Virus record (IMG/VR): IMGVR_UViG_3300007535_000007
Coordinates: 1-53,072 of that record
Source of the DNA: a virus
Taxonomy: Duplodnaviria > Caudoviricetes
Strand: one strand, 5' to 3'
DNA: 53,072 bases
Of this stretch, positions 27,190 through 35,225 are shown piece by piece. How positions within the stretch are numbered: position 1 is the first letter of the stretch; each line of letters begins with the position of its first letter. Below the pieces are notes generated by a model. It ran no database searches. It was given only the letters and a program-made list of their open reading frames with translations, and was not told the DNA's origin. A program made the translations under genes and the position numbers.

Positions 27190-28299
27190 TTATTTACCAA
27201 CACCTACATATAAATCTTTGCCTTTCTTCTTTAGTCCCTTTGGAAGGTTATTTTCTGACACTAGGACGATGCGACGACCACCTTCGCCGCGAGCGTAAAA
27301 GATATTTGGGAATCCATACTGATCTACAGAACTGAAGTCTAAGACCTGTGATGCTCTGCGTCTACGAATGCGCAACCACAGGCTCCCTATATGATCTATA
27401 AAATCTGAGACCTTTATAAATTCGCCGCTGACTGTAATCGTATCTGTTCTGCCGCCGACGGCTTCCACTTCTACTTCCATAGGACCGACATACATGTAAT
27501 CAATAGGCCCGCCCATCTTCTTTGTTCCTCGAAGAATCTGATCTAAATACTTATCTGGTACCTTGACAAAAACCTCAATGGCCTTGGATGGTGGGAACTT
27601 CTTGCCTTCTTGGTCTCCGAAGTTATCCTTATAAAACTTATAGGCTCGCTTAATGGCATTGCCTACAATATTAGGATCAATATTGAACAACCCGGCAATG
27701 CCGCCGCCAGCGATGGACGGTGCGCTTTCGCCTTTAGCACTTATAAGGTGAGTTTTACCACCTTTGGTATGTATAGCAAGATCGGCGTATGGTTCTTTAC
27801 CTATCTCACTTACGCCTTCTACTTTGTTTGCTGAGATAATATTACGAAGATTTGCCTTACTGGTTTTAATGGTAACGGGTTGATGATTATTTTCAGCAAC
27901 GGCATTGTTGATGGCATCAACTAGTCCTGCTTCTTGTCTCTCGCTTTCGGCTTTTCCGCCGCGCCTACCAAACTCTTTCGTTTTCTGTAGCTGTGTGAGT
28001 TTTATAGAATCTCCATCAACGGTTGGTAAGATGACGCTTTTTCGTTCGTTGCGGAATTTATCTAAGACCGTACGCGGTTCACCGCCAGCTAACTTACGAA
28101 GAAATGCTCGATGTTCTTTTGGGTCTTCATAGCCTATAATGACTGTTTCTGATTCTGTGCCTTCCGGTGCTCGAGGATCTGGCACCAACTCAAACGGTTC
28201 TTGATTTTTGACTTTCTGAACGAATACTGACCAGTTGTCGCGTTTTGCTAACTGTTCAGGACTAAGAGCAACCTCTATTAGAAACTCTTGTAATCTCAT
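27190..28299 (-). CDS. PD-(D/E)XK nuclease-like protein, candidate packaged protein
   Basis: ERQE...PYADL...LISAK; N-terminus MRLQEFLIE. Confidence 0.5.
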   Translation of the reverse strand: MRLQEFLIEVALSPEQLAKRDNWSVFVQKVKNQEPFELVPDPRAPEGTESETVIIGYEDPKEHRAFLRKLAGGEPRTVLDKFRNERKSVILPTVDGDSIKLTQLQKTKEFGRRGGKAESERQEAGLVDAINNAVAENNHQPVTIKTSKANLRNIISANKVEGVSEIGKEPYADLAIHTKGGKTHLISAKGESAPSIAGGGIAGLFNIDPNIVGNAIKRAYKFYKDNFGDQEGKKFPPSKAIEVFVKVPDKYLDQILRGTKKMGGPIDYMYVGPMEVEVEAVGGRTDTITVSGEFIKVSDFIDHIGSLWLRIRRRRASQVLDFSSVDQYGFPNIFYARGEGGRRIVLVSENNLPKGLKKKGKDLYVGVGK

Positions 28300-28301
28300 T
28301 C

Positions 28302-29780
28302 TTAGTAGTCCTCAAGATCAATATTAATGCCAAGCTCGTCAAAATCGAAGCTATCATCTTCATAGTCTTCGATATCTTCGATGTCTACCATCTTGTCTTC
28401 ATCGTCATCGTCGCTTTCAAAAATCTCGCCTTCCCCGTGACATTCTTCGCAACCCTCTCCCTCGCAAGATGGGCAGATGTTGCCAGCCGGTTCTTTCTCG
28501 TCATCGTCATCATCTAATCCCAGTCCGAAGCCGCCAAGAGGGTCGGTCTTTCGTAGATAATCTTCGTAGGCGCCTTCTCCTAGTAGCTCTTTGGTAACGT
28601 CATTGAGGGAGATGCTTTCCATTGGAATGCTGTCATACTCATCTACCAAATCATCCTCATCTTCGCGCATACGATCCATCTCTATCTCAGCGTCCCATTC
28701 ATTATCGAATGGTTCGGATACTTGATCATAATCTCTATTCAACCAATGAATGATGTCCTCACGGGACAGGTAGCTCATATATCGCTTACCGCCCATGCCG
28801 TATAGCTCGTCACCCATAACGGTAGATTCGTGCCAGTAGCTGCCGTCCTTCTCTAGACCAATGACAGCATATTCGTTGCCATTACCGATCGCTACGAAGA
28901 ACTGCTCGGGAGCATCGTCATCGGCTTCTGTAAGACCTTCTTCGTGCAAATCAAAAATCTCTGCCCAACTGGTTTCGCCGGCGTCAATAACGGATTCGAG
29001 TTCTTGCGCTAATGCTGCTGGATTGTGGGTATCAAATACAACGACAAGGTCACCGTCTTGAGATTCGAAACCAACATCTGTTCCACGAAAGCCGCCCTGG
29101 TTGAGATGACTACTAACAATTTCTCTCTCCTCGGGACTAATTACGGCTTTGAGGACTCGCGATTCAACATTCTCTCCGATTGGCTCGCCCTTCATGAGCT
29201 TCTTATGTTGTTCAGCAACATCTTTGCCCGGCTTAATGCCGTAGCGTCGTTTTAGCTCCTGCTTGATTAACCTCATTTGCAAACCACGCGCACTACCACG
29301 GGCGCCTTCTGGTTCGCCAGCGCCCTTGGCTAGGTTCTGAAGCTCTTGGTCGCTCATGTTTCTAACTCTTTTCTTCATCCCCTCAGGACCACCTGGACTC
29401 GAATCTTTATTCCAAGTCATAGCTTTATGAAACTTCTTTGCTACTTTGTCACCAAAATCTTCCGAGACCTGCTGTGCTTCGCCCTGAGAGTAAAGATTCT
29501 TATATGTTAGTGGATCGTGCTGCTTTAGCCAATCGATAACATAAGGGCGTGCATCGAGATTAGGGTTCTCGTCTTCAAGTTTTTCGAGCATATCAAAAAG
29601 ATCATCATCACCATAAATGTGATAAATGTTATCTTTCATGTCCGCAGGACTAAGCTTTTCACCTCGTCCGAATAACAGACTGGCGAGTGCCTTGTAATCG
29701 CTTTCTTGCTCTGGTAGTGCCCAGGTTCCTTCAGTGATCTGAATGAACTTCTTCATTTCATGTAGTGTTTCTTTCGACAT
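28302..29780 (-). CDS. Acidic late protein, candidate processed head protein
   Basis: GATAAATA promoter; many (I/L/V)-x-E sites; CPSCEGEGCEECHGEG. Confidence 0.6.
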   Translation of the reverse strand: MSKETLHEMKKFIQITEGTWALPEQESDYKALASLLFGRGEKLSPADMKDNIYHIYGDDDLFDMLEKLEDENPNLDARPYVIDWLKQHDPLTYKNLYSQGEAQQVSEDFGDKVAKKFHKAMTWNKDSSPGGPEGMKKRVRNMSDQELQNLAKGAGEPEGARGSARGLQMRLIKQELKRRYGIKPGKDVAEQHKKLMKGEPIGENVESRVLKAVISPEEREIVSSHLNQGGFRGTDVGFESQDGDLVVVFDTHNPAALAQELESVIDAGETSWAEIFDLHEEGLTEADDDAPEQFFVAIGNGNEYAVIGLEKDGSYWHESTVMGDELYGMGGKRYMSYLSREDIIHWLNRDYDQVSEPFDNEWDAEIEMDRMREDEDDLVDEYDSIPMESISLNDVTKELLGEGAYEDYLRKTDPLGGFGLGLDDDDDEKEPAGNICPSCEGEGCEECHGEGEIFESDDDDEDKMVDIEDIEDYEDDSFDFDELGINIDLEDY

Positions 29781-29828
29781 CTGTAACTCCTACTGACAGT
29801 ATATTATCAGTATTTATCAAATGCCTAA

Positions 29829-30125
29829 CTAATGAACGGTTTTAGGTATATGGTACTTGATTGTAAGGTAGGAGGTATCGCCATCCATTGCTTTTTCGAT
29901 CAGCATTTGAAGACGTTGCTGGGTCTGCTCCGGAGAACCACTTGTCCATTCGGTCAAGTCAGCAGCCACTAAATAATGCGCCTCATCTTCGAAGGCCTCC
30001 ATCAGTTCATCTTTTGTAAAGGTTTCGTCGGGCTCGGTGACTAAAGCACCGCAGAAGTCATCGTTGTGATCATAAGCGAAAATAATACCTTGTTCTCTAA
30101 ACGAGTACTCGTTGCTTCCTCTCAT
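29829..30125 (-). CDS. Hypothetical protein
   Basis: 98-aa ORF, GGAGG SD. Confidence 0.6.
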   Translation of the reverse strand: MRGSNEYSFREQGIIFAYDHNDDFCGALVTEPDETFTKDELMEAFEDEAHYLVAADLTEWTSGSPEQTQQRLQMLIEKAMDGDTSYLTIKYHIPKTVH

Positions 30126-30306
30126 TCTTCCTCCCCTTGGGCTTTTTAGTGGCTTTTTGATAGGCCTTTTGATGGCATTCCTTGCAGTAAGCGCGGCCCT
30201 CTACCACAGGTTTGCCACATTCAGGCGCCGTATTCGACCCTGGCGGATCTTTCCACTCGCAGGCACGAGCACGCCACAGTCCGAAAATTGCGTCGAAATC
30301 ATTCAT
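30097..30306 (-). CDS. GcrA C-terminal-domain-like protein
   Basis: CEW..PP...CGKP..G.AYCKECHQKAY resembles GcrA CRWP.GDP..FCG...PYC..H..AY. Confidence 0.65.
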   Translation of the reverse strand: MNDFDAIFGLWRARACEWKDPPGSNTAPECGKPVVEGRAYCKECHQKAYQKATKKPKGRKNERKQRVLV

Positions 30307-30339
30307 CTAGTTGACCTTCTTCATTGGGAGTGAGCACAT

Positions 30340-30368
30340 ATTATACTATCTTTTGTAGCCTGTGTCAA
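30340..30368 (-). promoter_or_regulatory. Consensus sigma70 promoter TTGACA-N17-TATAAT
   Basis: Perfect consensus upstream of the gcrA-like gene. Confidence 0.85.
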
Positions 30369-30693
30369 GCTCTTCTGACGGATCTGGTAAAATTTCTACG
30401 ATAACGATGCTGTTACCCTCGGCATCCGCCTTGATTATAGCTTCAGACAGCTCAAATTTATCTTTTGTTGATGCATACCAGGTTATTTCATATGGACTTT
30501 GAATAAATCCTTGGAATCCTCTTAGAAGAACTTCTATATGCTTGGATAAATTGCTGTAATCTGTACCAACAAATTCACCAATAAGTGATTGAAGATCTGC
30601 ATAATCAATAATTCTTACCTGTGTTGTTTCTTTGGTTTGTCGATTTAGGACGGTATACTTGGTACCAATCTCTTTTAAATTAATTTTATTCAT
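30346..30693 (-). CDS. Late hypothetical protein
   Basis: GATAAATA then ATG (MNKINLKE) 5 nt later. Confidence 0.6.
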   Translation of the reverse strand: MNKINLKEIGTKYTVLNRQTKETTQVRIIDYADLQSLIGEFVGTDYSNLSKHIEVLLRGFQGFIQSPYEITWYASTKDKFELSEAIIKADAEGNSIVIVEILPDPSEELDTGYKR

Positions 30694-30694
30694 C

Positions 30695-30988
30695 TTAATA
30701 TTTATCGTAAAAAGACACCGTGTACCCATTCTCAACTACATAATCGACGCCAAAAAACTCAGGACACAATGCTAGGTCGGTTGCCCAATCTTCAGGACCT
30801 TTCTCCCAAATGATTTGGGCGTCTGCTTTGCTGAATCCGTCTCTTACGATGCGTTTTTTATTCTTGATCACAATGTTTTTTTGATACCCTTTCTGTTTGG
30901 CAACCTCTTCTAGTTCAACAAATAATCTCTTGGCTGCGTGGTATGATGGTGAGAGAGAATATCTCTCTGAATGATTTTTAAAGCACAT
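30695..30988 (-). CDS. Hypothetical protein
   Basis: AGGAG SD; IIWEKGPEDWA. Confidence 0.6.
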   Translation of the reverse strand: MCFKNHSERYSLSPSYHAAKRLFVELEEVAKQKGYQKNIVIKNKKRIVRDGFSKADAQIIWEKGPEDWATDLALCPEFFGVDYVVENGYTVSFYDKY

Positions 30989-31106
30989 GGCGACACTCCT
31001 GGCGTTAAGGTGAATTTTAGCATTTACCTAGGCTAGGAGTATGTGTATGAGTTGTTATTATAAGGTAAATGCGTCTACAACAATATTTACCGTTTTTGAC
31101 AGAAAA

Positions 31107-31460
31107 TTAGGTATCTTCTTCAATTATTAGTCGAAGCGGAAAACCTTCAGCACGAGCAGTTCTAATACATGTATTCATCTTCTCTTCAGCAATCTCGAAT
31201 TGGTAGATACCAACCACGGCGCTGCCATCTGCATGAATCTTTAGCATAGTTTCAAATGCTTGGTCGTGATCCATATGAAAGACTAGGACTAATAGACCCA
31301 CAACGAAGTCCATCGTTGTCTTATCATCATTTAACATTATCACACGCCAAAGATTTGGCTCGGTTACTTCAACGTCTTCTAATTCTTCTACCGCAACGTC
31401 GCTATCTGGGGAGATGTCTTTCATCTCATTCATAATGTTTTCTAATTCTGCTTCATTCAT
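31107..31460 (-). CDS. clpS: ClpS adaptor
   Basis: WRVIMLNDDKTTMDFVV, MLKIHADGSAVVGIY..EIAE, GFPL. Confidence 0.92.
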   Translation of the reverse strand: MNEAELENIMNEMKDISPDSDVAVEELEDVEVTEPNLWRVIMLNDDKTTMDFVVGLLVLVFHMDHDQAFETMLKIHADGSAVVGIYQFEIAEEKMNTCIRTARAEGFPLRLIIEEDT

Positions 31461-31470
31461 GGTCGCTCCG

Positions 31471-31520
31471 AAAATGCTAGAGTGTGCTAACATTGTAGCA
31501 CACCCTAGCACCTCTGTCAA
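31471..31520 (-). terminator. Terminator-like hairpin after sHSP overlapping a TTGACA-N17-TACAAT promoter for clpS
   Basis: TGCTAGGGTGTGCTA...TAGCACACTCTAGCA followed by TTTT. Confidence 0.65.
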
Positions 31521-31524
31521 AGAA

Positions 31525-31959
31525 TCACGAAGATTTAATTTCGATCTTTCTTGGCAGATTCTCTTCTGGAACATAATGTTCTAGTGAGACAACCAAAAGA
31601 CCATCTCGAAACTTCGCATCCTTCACCTCCCAGTGTTCTGGCAGATAGAAAGACTTTGAAAAGCTTCGTGTAGAGATACCTCGATAGGTATATGTCTTCT
31701 CGTCTTCTTCAGTCTTGTCTGACATCTCTGCGGAAATGGTCAAATGACTTCCTTCTACAGTAATATCAATATCGTCAGGACTAAAGCCGGCAACGGCGAG
31801 CTCAATATCTGAGGAAGTCTCAGATCGCTTCACAATATTATGTGGTGGATAGTTAGTCGTTGCGCGAGAATATCCATCAAAGACTCGATCAAAGTCCACA
31901 AAGTGACGATCGATCCATTCGGCTAGATTGGATGTGGTTATCTTAGGTAGGTTAGTCAT
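31525..31959 (-). CDS. Small heat shock protein (IbpA/Hsp20 family)
   Basis: NYPPHNI, IELAVAGF, YRGISTRSF, DGLLVV. Confidence 0.95.
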   Translation of the reverse strand: MTNLPKITTSNLAEWIDRHFVDFDRVFDGYSRATTNYPPHNIVKRSETSSDIELAVAGFSPDDIDITVEGSHLTISAEMSDKTEEDEKTYTYRGISTRSFSKSFYLPEHWEVKDAKFRDGLLVVSLEHYVPEENLPRKIEIKSS

Positions 31960-31964
31960 AATAG

Positions 31965-32034
31965 TTACTCCTTATTAAGCAAGTAAAGTGGGCACCATGC
32001 CCAATGTAGAGGGAGACCATTCTCCCTCTACATT
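31965..32034 (-). promoter_or_regulatory. ROSE-like RNA thermometer in the sHSP 5' UTR
   Basis: Three hairpins; the last is UUACUUGCUU-AAU-AAGGAGUAA with UUGCU and a bulged G opposite the SD. Confidence 0.75.
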
Positions 32035-32049
32035 TTTATTTAGCATCTA

Positions 32050-33513
32050 TTATAGGAATAGAAGCGCAAAAGCTTTAACAACCAAAAGCGGTGTCATAAC
32101 TTTTCGAGACTGTTCCGACAGATTCGATGTAAACGACTGGCTACGAACATACTCTTCAGCATCATTCACAAGCTGATATGCCTGATTCATTAGCTCAGTG
32201 CGCTGCATAGAAGCCTGATTATACGCCTCTACCAACACAGCGTACTCTTCCATAGCGGCCTGATTCTGACGGAAGCAAGAGATTGTTGCTTGCTTCTGTA
32301 GATCCGTATCAGCACGGGAGCCTTTTGTGTAATCAGGAACATTGCCTGTGCAATCAGAAACCACTGGAGGTTCTGGCGGAACCAACACGATGGTCTGAGA
32401 CTGTGCAAAACGAGCATCTGCCAACTGAAGAAGCTTGCAGTAATACTCCGCATCACCGACAGAAACACCTAGCTCTCTTGCCTGAAAGCTCATTCCACCT
32501 GAACATGCATTCGAGAAAACAGGCGCAACGCTGGCAACCGGCGCTCCACGGAAGTCTGTGCTAGCATCAACCTGAACATTTGTGGTTGAGCCTTCAACAA
32601 CCTGTGTCGAACCTTCAACATTCTGTGTTGAGAGGGCACCTGTGCCTTCTTCACCACCGAAGTTGTTATTGACAGTGACATCGCCTGTAGAAGCGGAAGA
32701 TGTATTATCTACAGCACCTTCTTCTACATTTAGAGAACCACCAGTTGCGGACGAATCACCACCGACCATGCTGTTTGTGTTTGCAACAGCACCTTCATCA
32801 ATAGATGCATTTCCACCCTGTGCAGTTACAGCACCTTCAGCGACATTTAGCGTATTGGTGCCAGTGTTGCTATTCTGTACTGCGCCTTCTGAAATAGTTG
32901 CATTGCCACCTGCTACCGTGTTGGTGTTGCTATTCTGTACTGCGCCTTCTGAAATAGTTGCATTGCCACCTGCGCCACCAGCTCCACCTTCCGCGGTGTT
33001 TGTATTCTGGACTGCACCCTCTGAGACAGAGAAGTTATTGGTGTTGGTGTTTGTGGCTGAATTTTGGACTGCACCCTCTGAGACGGTTAGCGTGTTGGTA
33101 CCTGTTACCGCTCCACTCTCCACGGTCACCGCACCACCCGTTGCAGATGATGTGCTTGGTCCTGTTGATAGTGTTGTATCACCAACATTTACCGAGCCTC
33201 CCGTAGCGTTGGCATTGCCGCCTGTTGCTGTTTGGGTTTGGTTCTGCTGCTGCTGTTGCTGGTTAGTTAGCGTGTTGGTATTGTCAACCGTTGCAGTGGC
33301 ATTTGCAGTTGCTTCGGCAATTCCAATTCCGACACCGTTGCCGCCGCCCTCGCCTTCGCCGCCGTTGCCATTTCCACCTGGTCCACAGGTGCTACCTTGA
33401 CAAACTTCAACTTTTTCGCCGTCAACAAATGTTGTACCGGCTGATACGATCTGAGATGATGTTACCGCAAGAACAACAAGAACTGCTGCTGCGACTTTAA
33501 TAAGAACCTTCAT
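32050..33513 (-). CDS. Secreted low-complexity G/T/N/A-rich repeat protein with Cys-containing C-terminal domain
   Basis: Signal peptide MKVLIKVAAAVLVVLAVTSSQIVSA; imperfect (V/I)xEGAV(Q/T/A/D)N repeats; poly-Q. Confidence 0.8.
   Translation of the reverse strand: MKVLIKVAAAVLVVLAVTSSQIVSAGTTFVDGEKVEVCQGSTCGPGGNGNGGEGEGGGNGVGIGIAEATANATATVDNTNTLTNQQQQQQNQTQTATGGNANATGGSVNVGDTTLSTGPSTSSATGGAVTVESGAVTGTNTLTVSEGAVQNSATNTNTNNFSVSEGAVQNTNTAEGGAGGAGGNATISEGAVQNSNTNTVAGGNATISEGAVQNSNTGTNTLNVAEGAVTAQGGNASIDEGAVANTNSMVGGDSSATGGSLNVEEGAVDNTSSASTGDVTVNNNFGGEEGTGALSTQNVEGSTQVVEGSTTNVQVDASTDFRGAPVASVAPVFSNACSGGMSFQARELGVSVGDAEYYCKLLQLADARFAQSQTIVLVPPEPPVVSDCTGNVPDYTKGSRADTDLQKQATISCFRQNQAAMEEYAVLVEAYNQASMQRTELMNQAYQLVNDAEEYVRSQSFTSNLSEQSRKVMTPLLVVKAFALLFL
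32864..32973. repeat. 50-bp identical tandem repeat with 60-bp period inside the repeat-protein gene
   Basis: 32864-32913 equals 32924-32973 (encodes AGGNATISEGAVQNSNT). Confidence 0.9.
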
Positions 33514-33538
33514 ATATTTAACTCCTTATATGATAATA

Positions 33539-33640
33539 AGAAGTTACCAGGCAGAATTTACAACCATATGACATGCACTTAGGTTAATTCTTTGCGACCC
33601 TCATCTTTCGATAAAGTTAGCCGTTTAACAAGTATCTTCT
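33539..33640 (-). ncRNA. c-di-GMP-I (GEMM-I) riboswitch
   Basis: GGCUAAC-UUUAUC-GAAA-GAUGAG-GGUCGCAAAG-AAUU..CCUAAG..UAUGG..AAUUCUGCC: GAAA tetraloop, canonical CCUAAG/UAUGG receptor, GCAAAG junction. Confidence 0.88.
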
Positions 33641-33692
33641 ATAGTTTCTCCAATAATAGACTACATAAAATAAAAAGACAAAGTAGTCCTTC

Positions 33693-33734
33693 TATTTATA
33701 CTTTATTGTATAATATAAAAAGGACTACTGTCAA
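33693..33734 (-). promoter_or_regulatory. Tandem promoters upstream of the riboswitch: T4-type late TATAAATA and TTGACA-N18-TACAAT
   Basis: TATTTATA at 33693-700; TGTCAA at 33729-34; ATTGTA at 33705-10. Confidence 0.6.
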
Positions 33735-33750
33735 GAGCTGTGTTTCGTCT

Positions 33751-34035
33751 TTAGTACAGGCGTTTACTTTTCTGTTGCTCTTCTAAAGTCTTAAGCCATC
33801 GCTTACGAGCAATCGCCTTCTCCTTCTTTCTGCGCACAGATGGCTTTTCATAAAACTCTCTTTCTCGCAGTTCACGAAGAATGCCAGAATCTTGGACCTT
33901 CTTGTTAAAAATCTTCATAGCCTTTTCAAAACCAAATGGGCGATCCTGAACTTCAACCTTAAGCCCTGGCACTAGATCACGAGGATTAAATTCATTCTTG
34001 CCTCGGTGTGTGTATCTTTCTTTTCTACTCATCAT
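33751..34035 (-). CDS. rpsU: Phage ribosomal protein bS21
   Basis: [12 protein letters not shown]...[20 protein letters not shown]. Confidence 0.9.
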   Translation of the reverse strand: MMSRKERYTHRGKNEFNPRDLVPGLKVEVQDRPFGFEKAMKIFNKKVQDSGILRELREREFYEKPSVRRKKEKAIARKRWLKTLEEQQKSKRLY

Positions 34036-35215
34036 TCATCCTTTTCTTTTCGTAATGGTAATCTAATCTTCCGTTCTCTCCAATAACAACTCTCTCTAAT
34101 CCTTCCTTACGAAGTCGAGGAAGCCGAAATTGAACATGCAACAATACCTTTTCAAGTATAGTCTGCAATCCTCTTGCTCCTGTCTTTTCTTTAGAAGACT
34201 GATGAGCAACGCCGCGCACAAATTCAGGTAAGAATTCGAGGTCCACATTGTCTAGTGAAAAGAGTCCTCGATACTGGTCAATTAAACAATTCTTAGGTGT
34301 AGTTAGTACCTTAACCAGCATATCCTCAGTAAGATCATGCGTAGCGACAACAATCGGAAAACGACCAACAAATTCTGGAATCAAACCAAAGCTCATTAAG
34401 TTCTCTGATGTCGCCTCTGATAATAACATAGCTTCGGATGATTTGTCAAGTACCGCCCCAAATCCGATTGTGGAATGTTCGCGCTTACTTTCCTTGATAA
34501 TGTCAGCCAATCCCACAAAAGCTCCGCCGGCGATAAACAAGATGTCTTTTGTTTCGAAATCTTCTCCGGACGAAAGTTTGATTTTTGTTCCTTCTACAAG
34601 TTTGAGTAATGCCTGTTGAACACCTTCTCCCGAAACATCTCGATTGACTGTTGCGCTCTCGCTCTTACGCGATTTCTTATCGATCTCATCAATGTATATA
34701 ATGCCTTTCTGCGCCAATTCGATGTCTCCATCGGCGGCGTGAACTAGTCTGTCAATCATATTTTCAACGTCTTCACCGACATAACCAGATTCAGTAAGAC
34801 TAGTGGCATCGGTTTGAACAAACGGAAGATTAAGAGTTTTCGCCACTGTGCTAACAAGTAGCGTCTTACCAGTTCCACTCGGTCCAATAAGAAGAACATT
34901 CGATTTCTTTAGTTCTGTATCTGAGACAACTGGATTGTTGATGCGCTTGTAATGATTATAGATTGCTACGGATAATGTCTCTTTTGCGAGTGATTGCTCG
35001 ATAATATACTGATCGAGATACTCTTTGATTTCTTCAGGGGTTGGCAGGTCATCAATTTTTTTGATGTTTTTCTTGTTATTATGAATAACATTATATCCGA
35101 GTTCAATGCATTCATCACAAATATATACCGTAGCCGGACCTTGATCTGGGCCTGCTAATACCTTTTTAACTTCTTTTCTGCCCTTGCTACAAAAATTGCA
35201 AGTGATATTATTCAT
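34025..35215 (-). CDS. clpX: ClpX ATPase
   Basis: CNFC..ICDEC Zn domain, [25 protein letters not shown] loop, TGARGL. Confidence 0.95.
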   Translation of the reverse strand: MNNITCNFCSKGRKEVKKVLAGPDQGPATVYICDECIELGYNVIHNNKKNIKKIDDLPTPEEIKEYLDQYIIEQSLAKETLSVAIYNHYKRINNPVVSDTELKKSNVLLIGPSGTGKTLLVSTVAKTLNLPFVQTDATSLTESGYVGEDVENMIDRLVHAADGDIELAQKGIIYIDEIDKKSRKSESATVNRDVSGEGVQQALLKLVEGTKIKLSSGEDFETKDILFIAGGAFVGLADIIKESKREHSTIGFGAVLDKSSEAMLLSEATSENLMSFGLIPEFVGRFPIVVATHDLTEDMLVKVLTTPKNCLIDQYRGLFSLDNVDLEFLPEFVRGVAHQSSKEKTGARGLQTILEKVLLHVQFRLPRLRKEGLERVVIGENGRLDYHYEKKRMNDE

Positions 35216-35225
35216 CTATCTCTCT

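Noticed and set aside
32864-33090. Possible CRISPR array from the 60-bp periodic repeat
   Set aside because: Repeats are in-frame coding units with no repeat-spacer pattern and no cas genes
32582-33400. 272-aa plus-strand Pro/Val/Ala-rich ORF
   Set aside because: Antisense shadow of the low-complexity repeat gene; no SD or promoter
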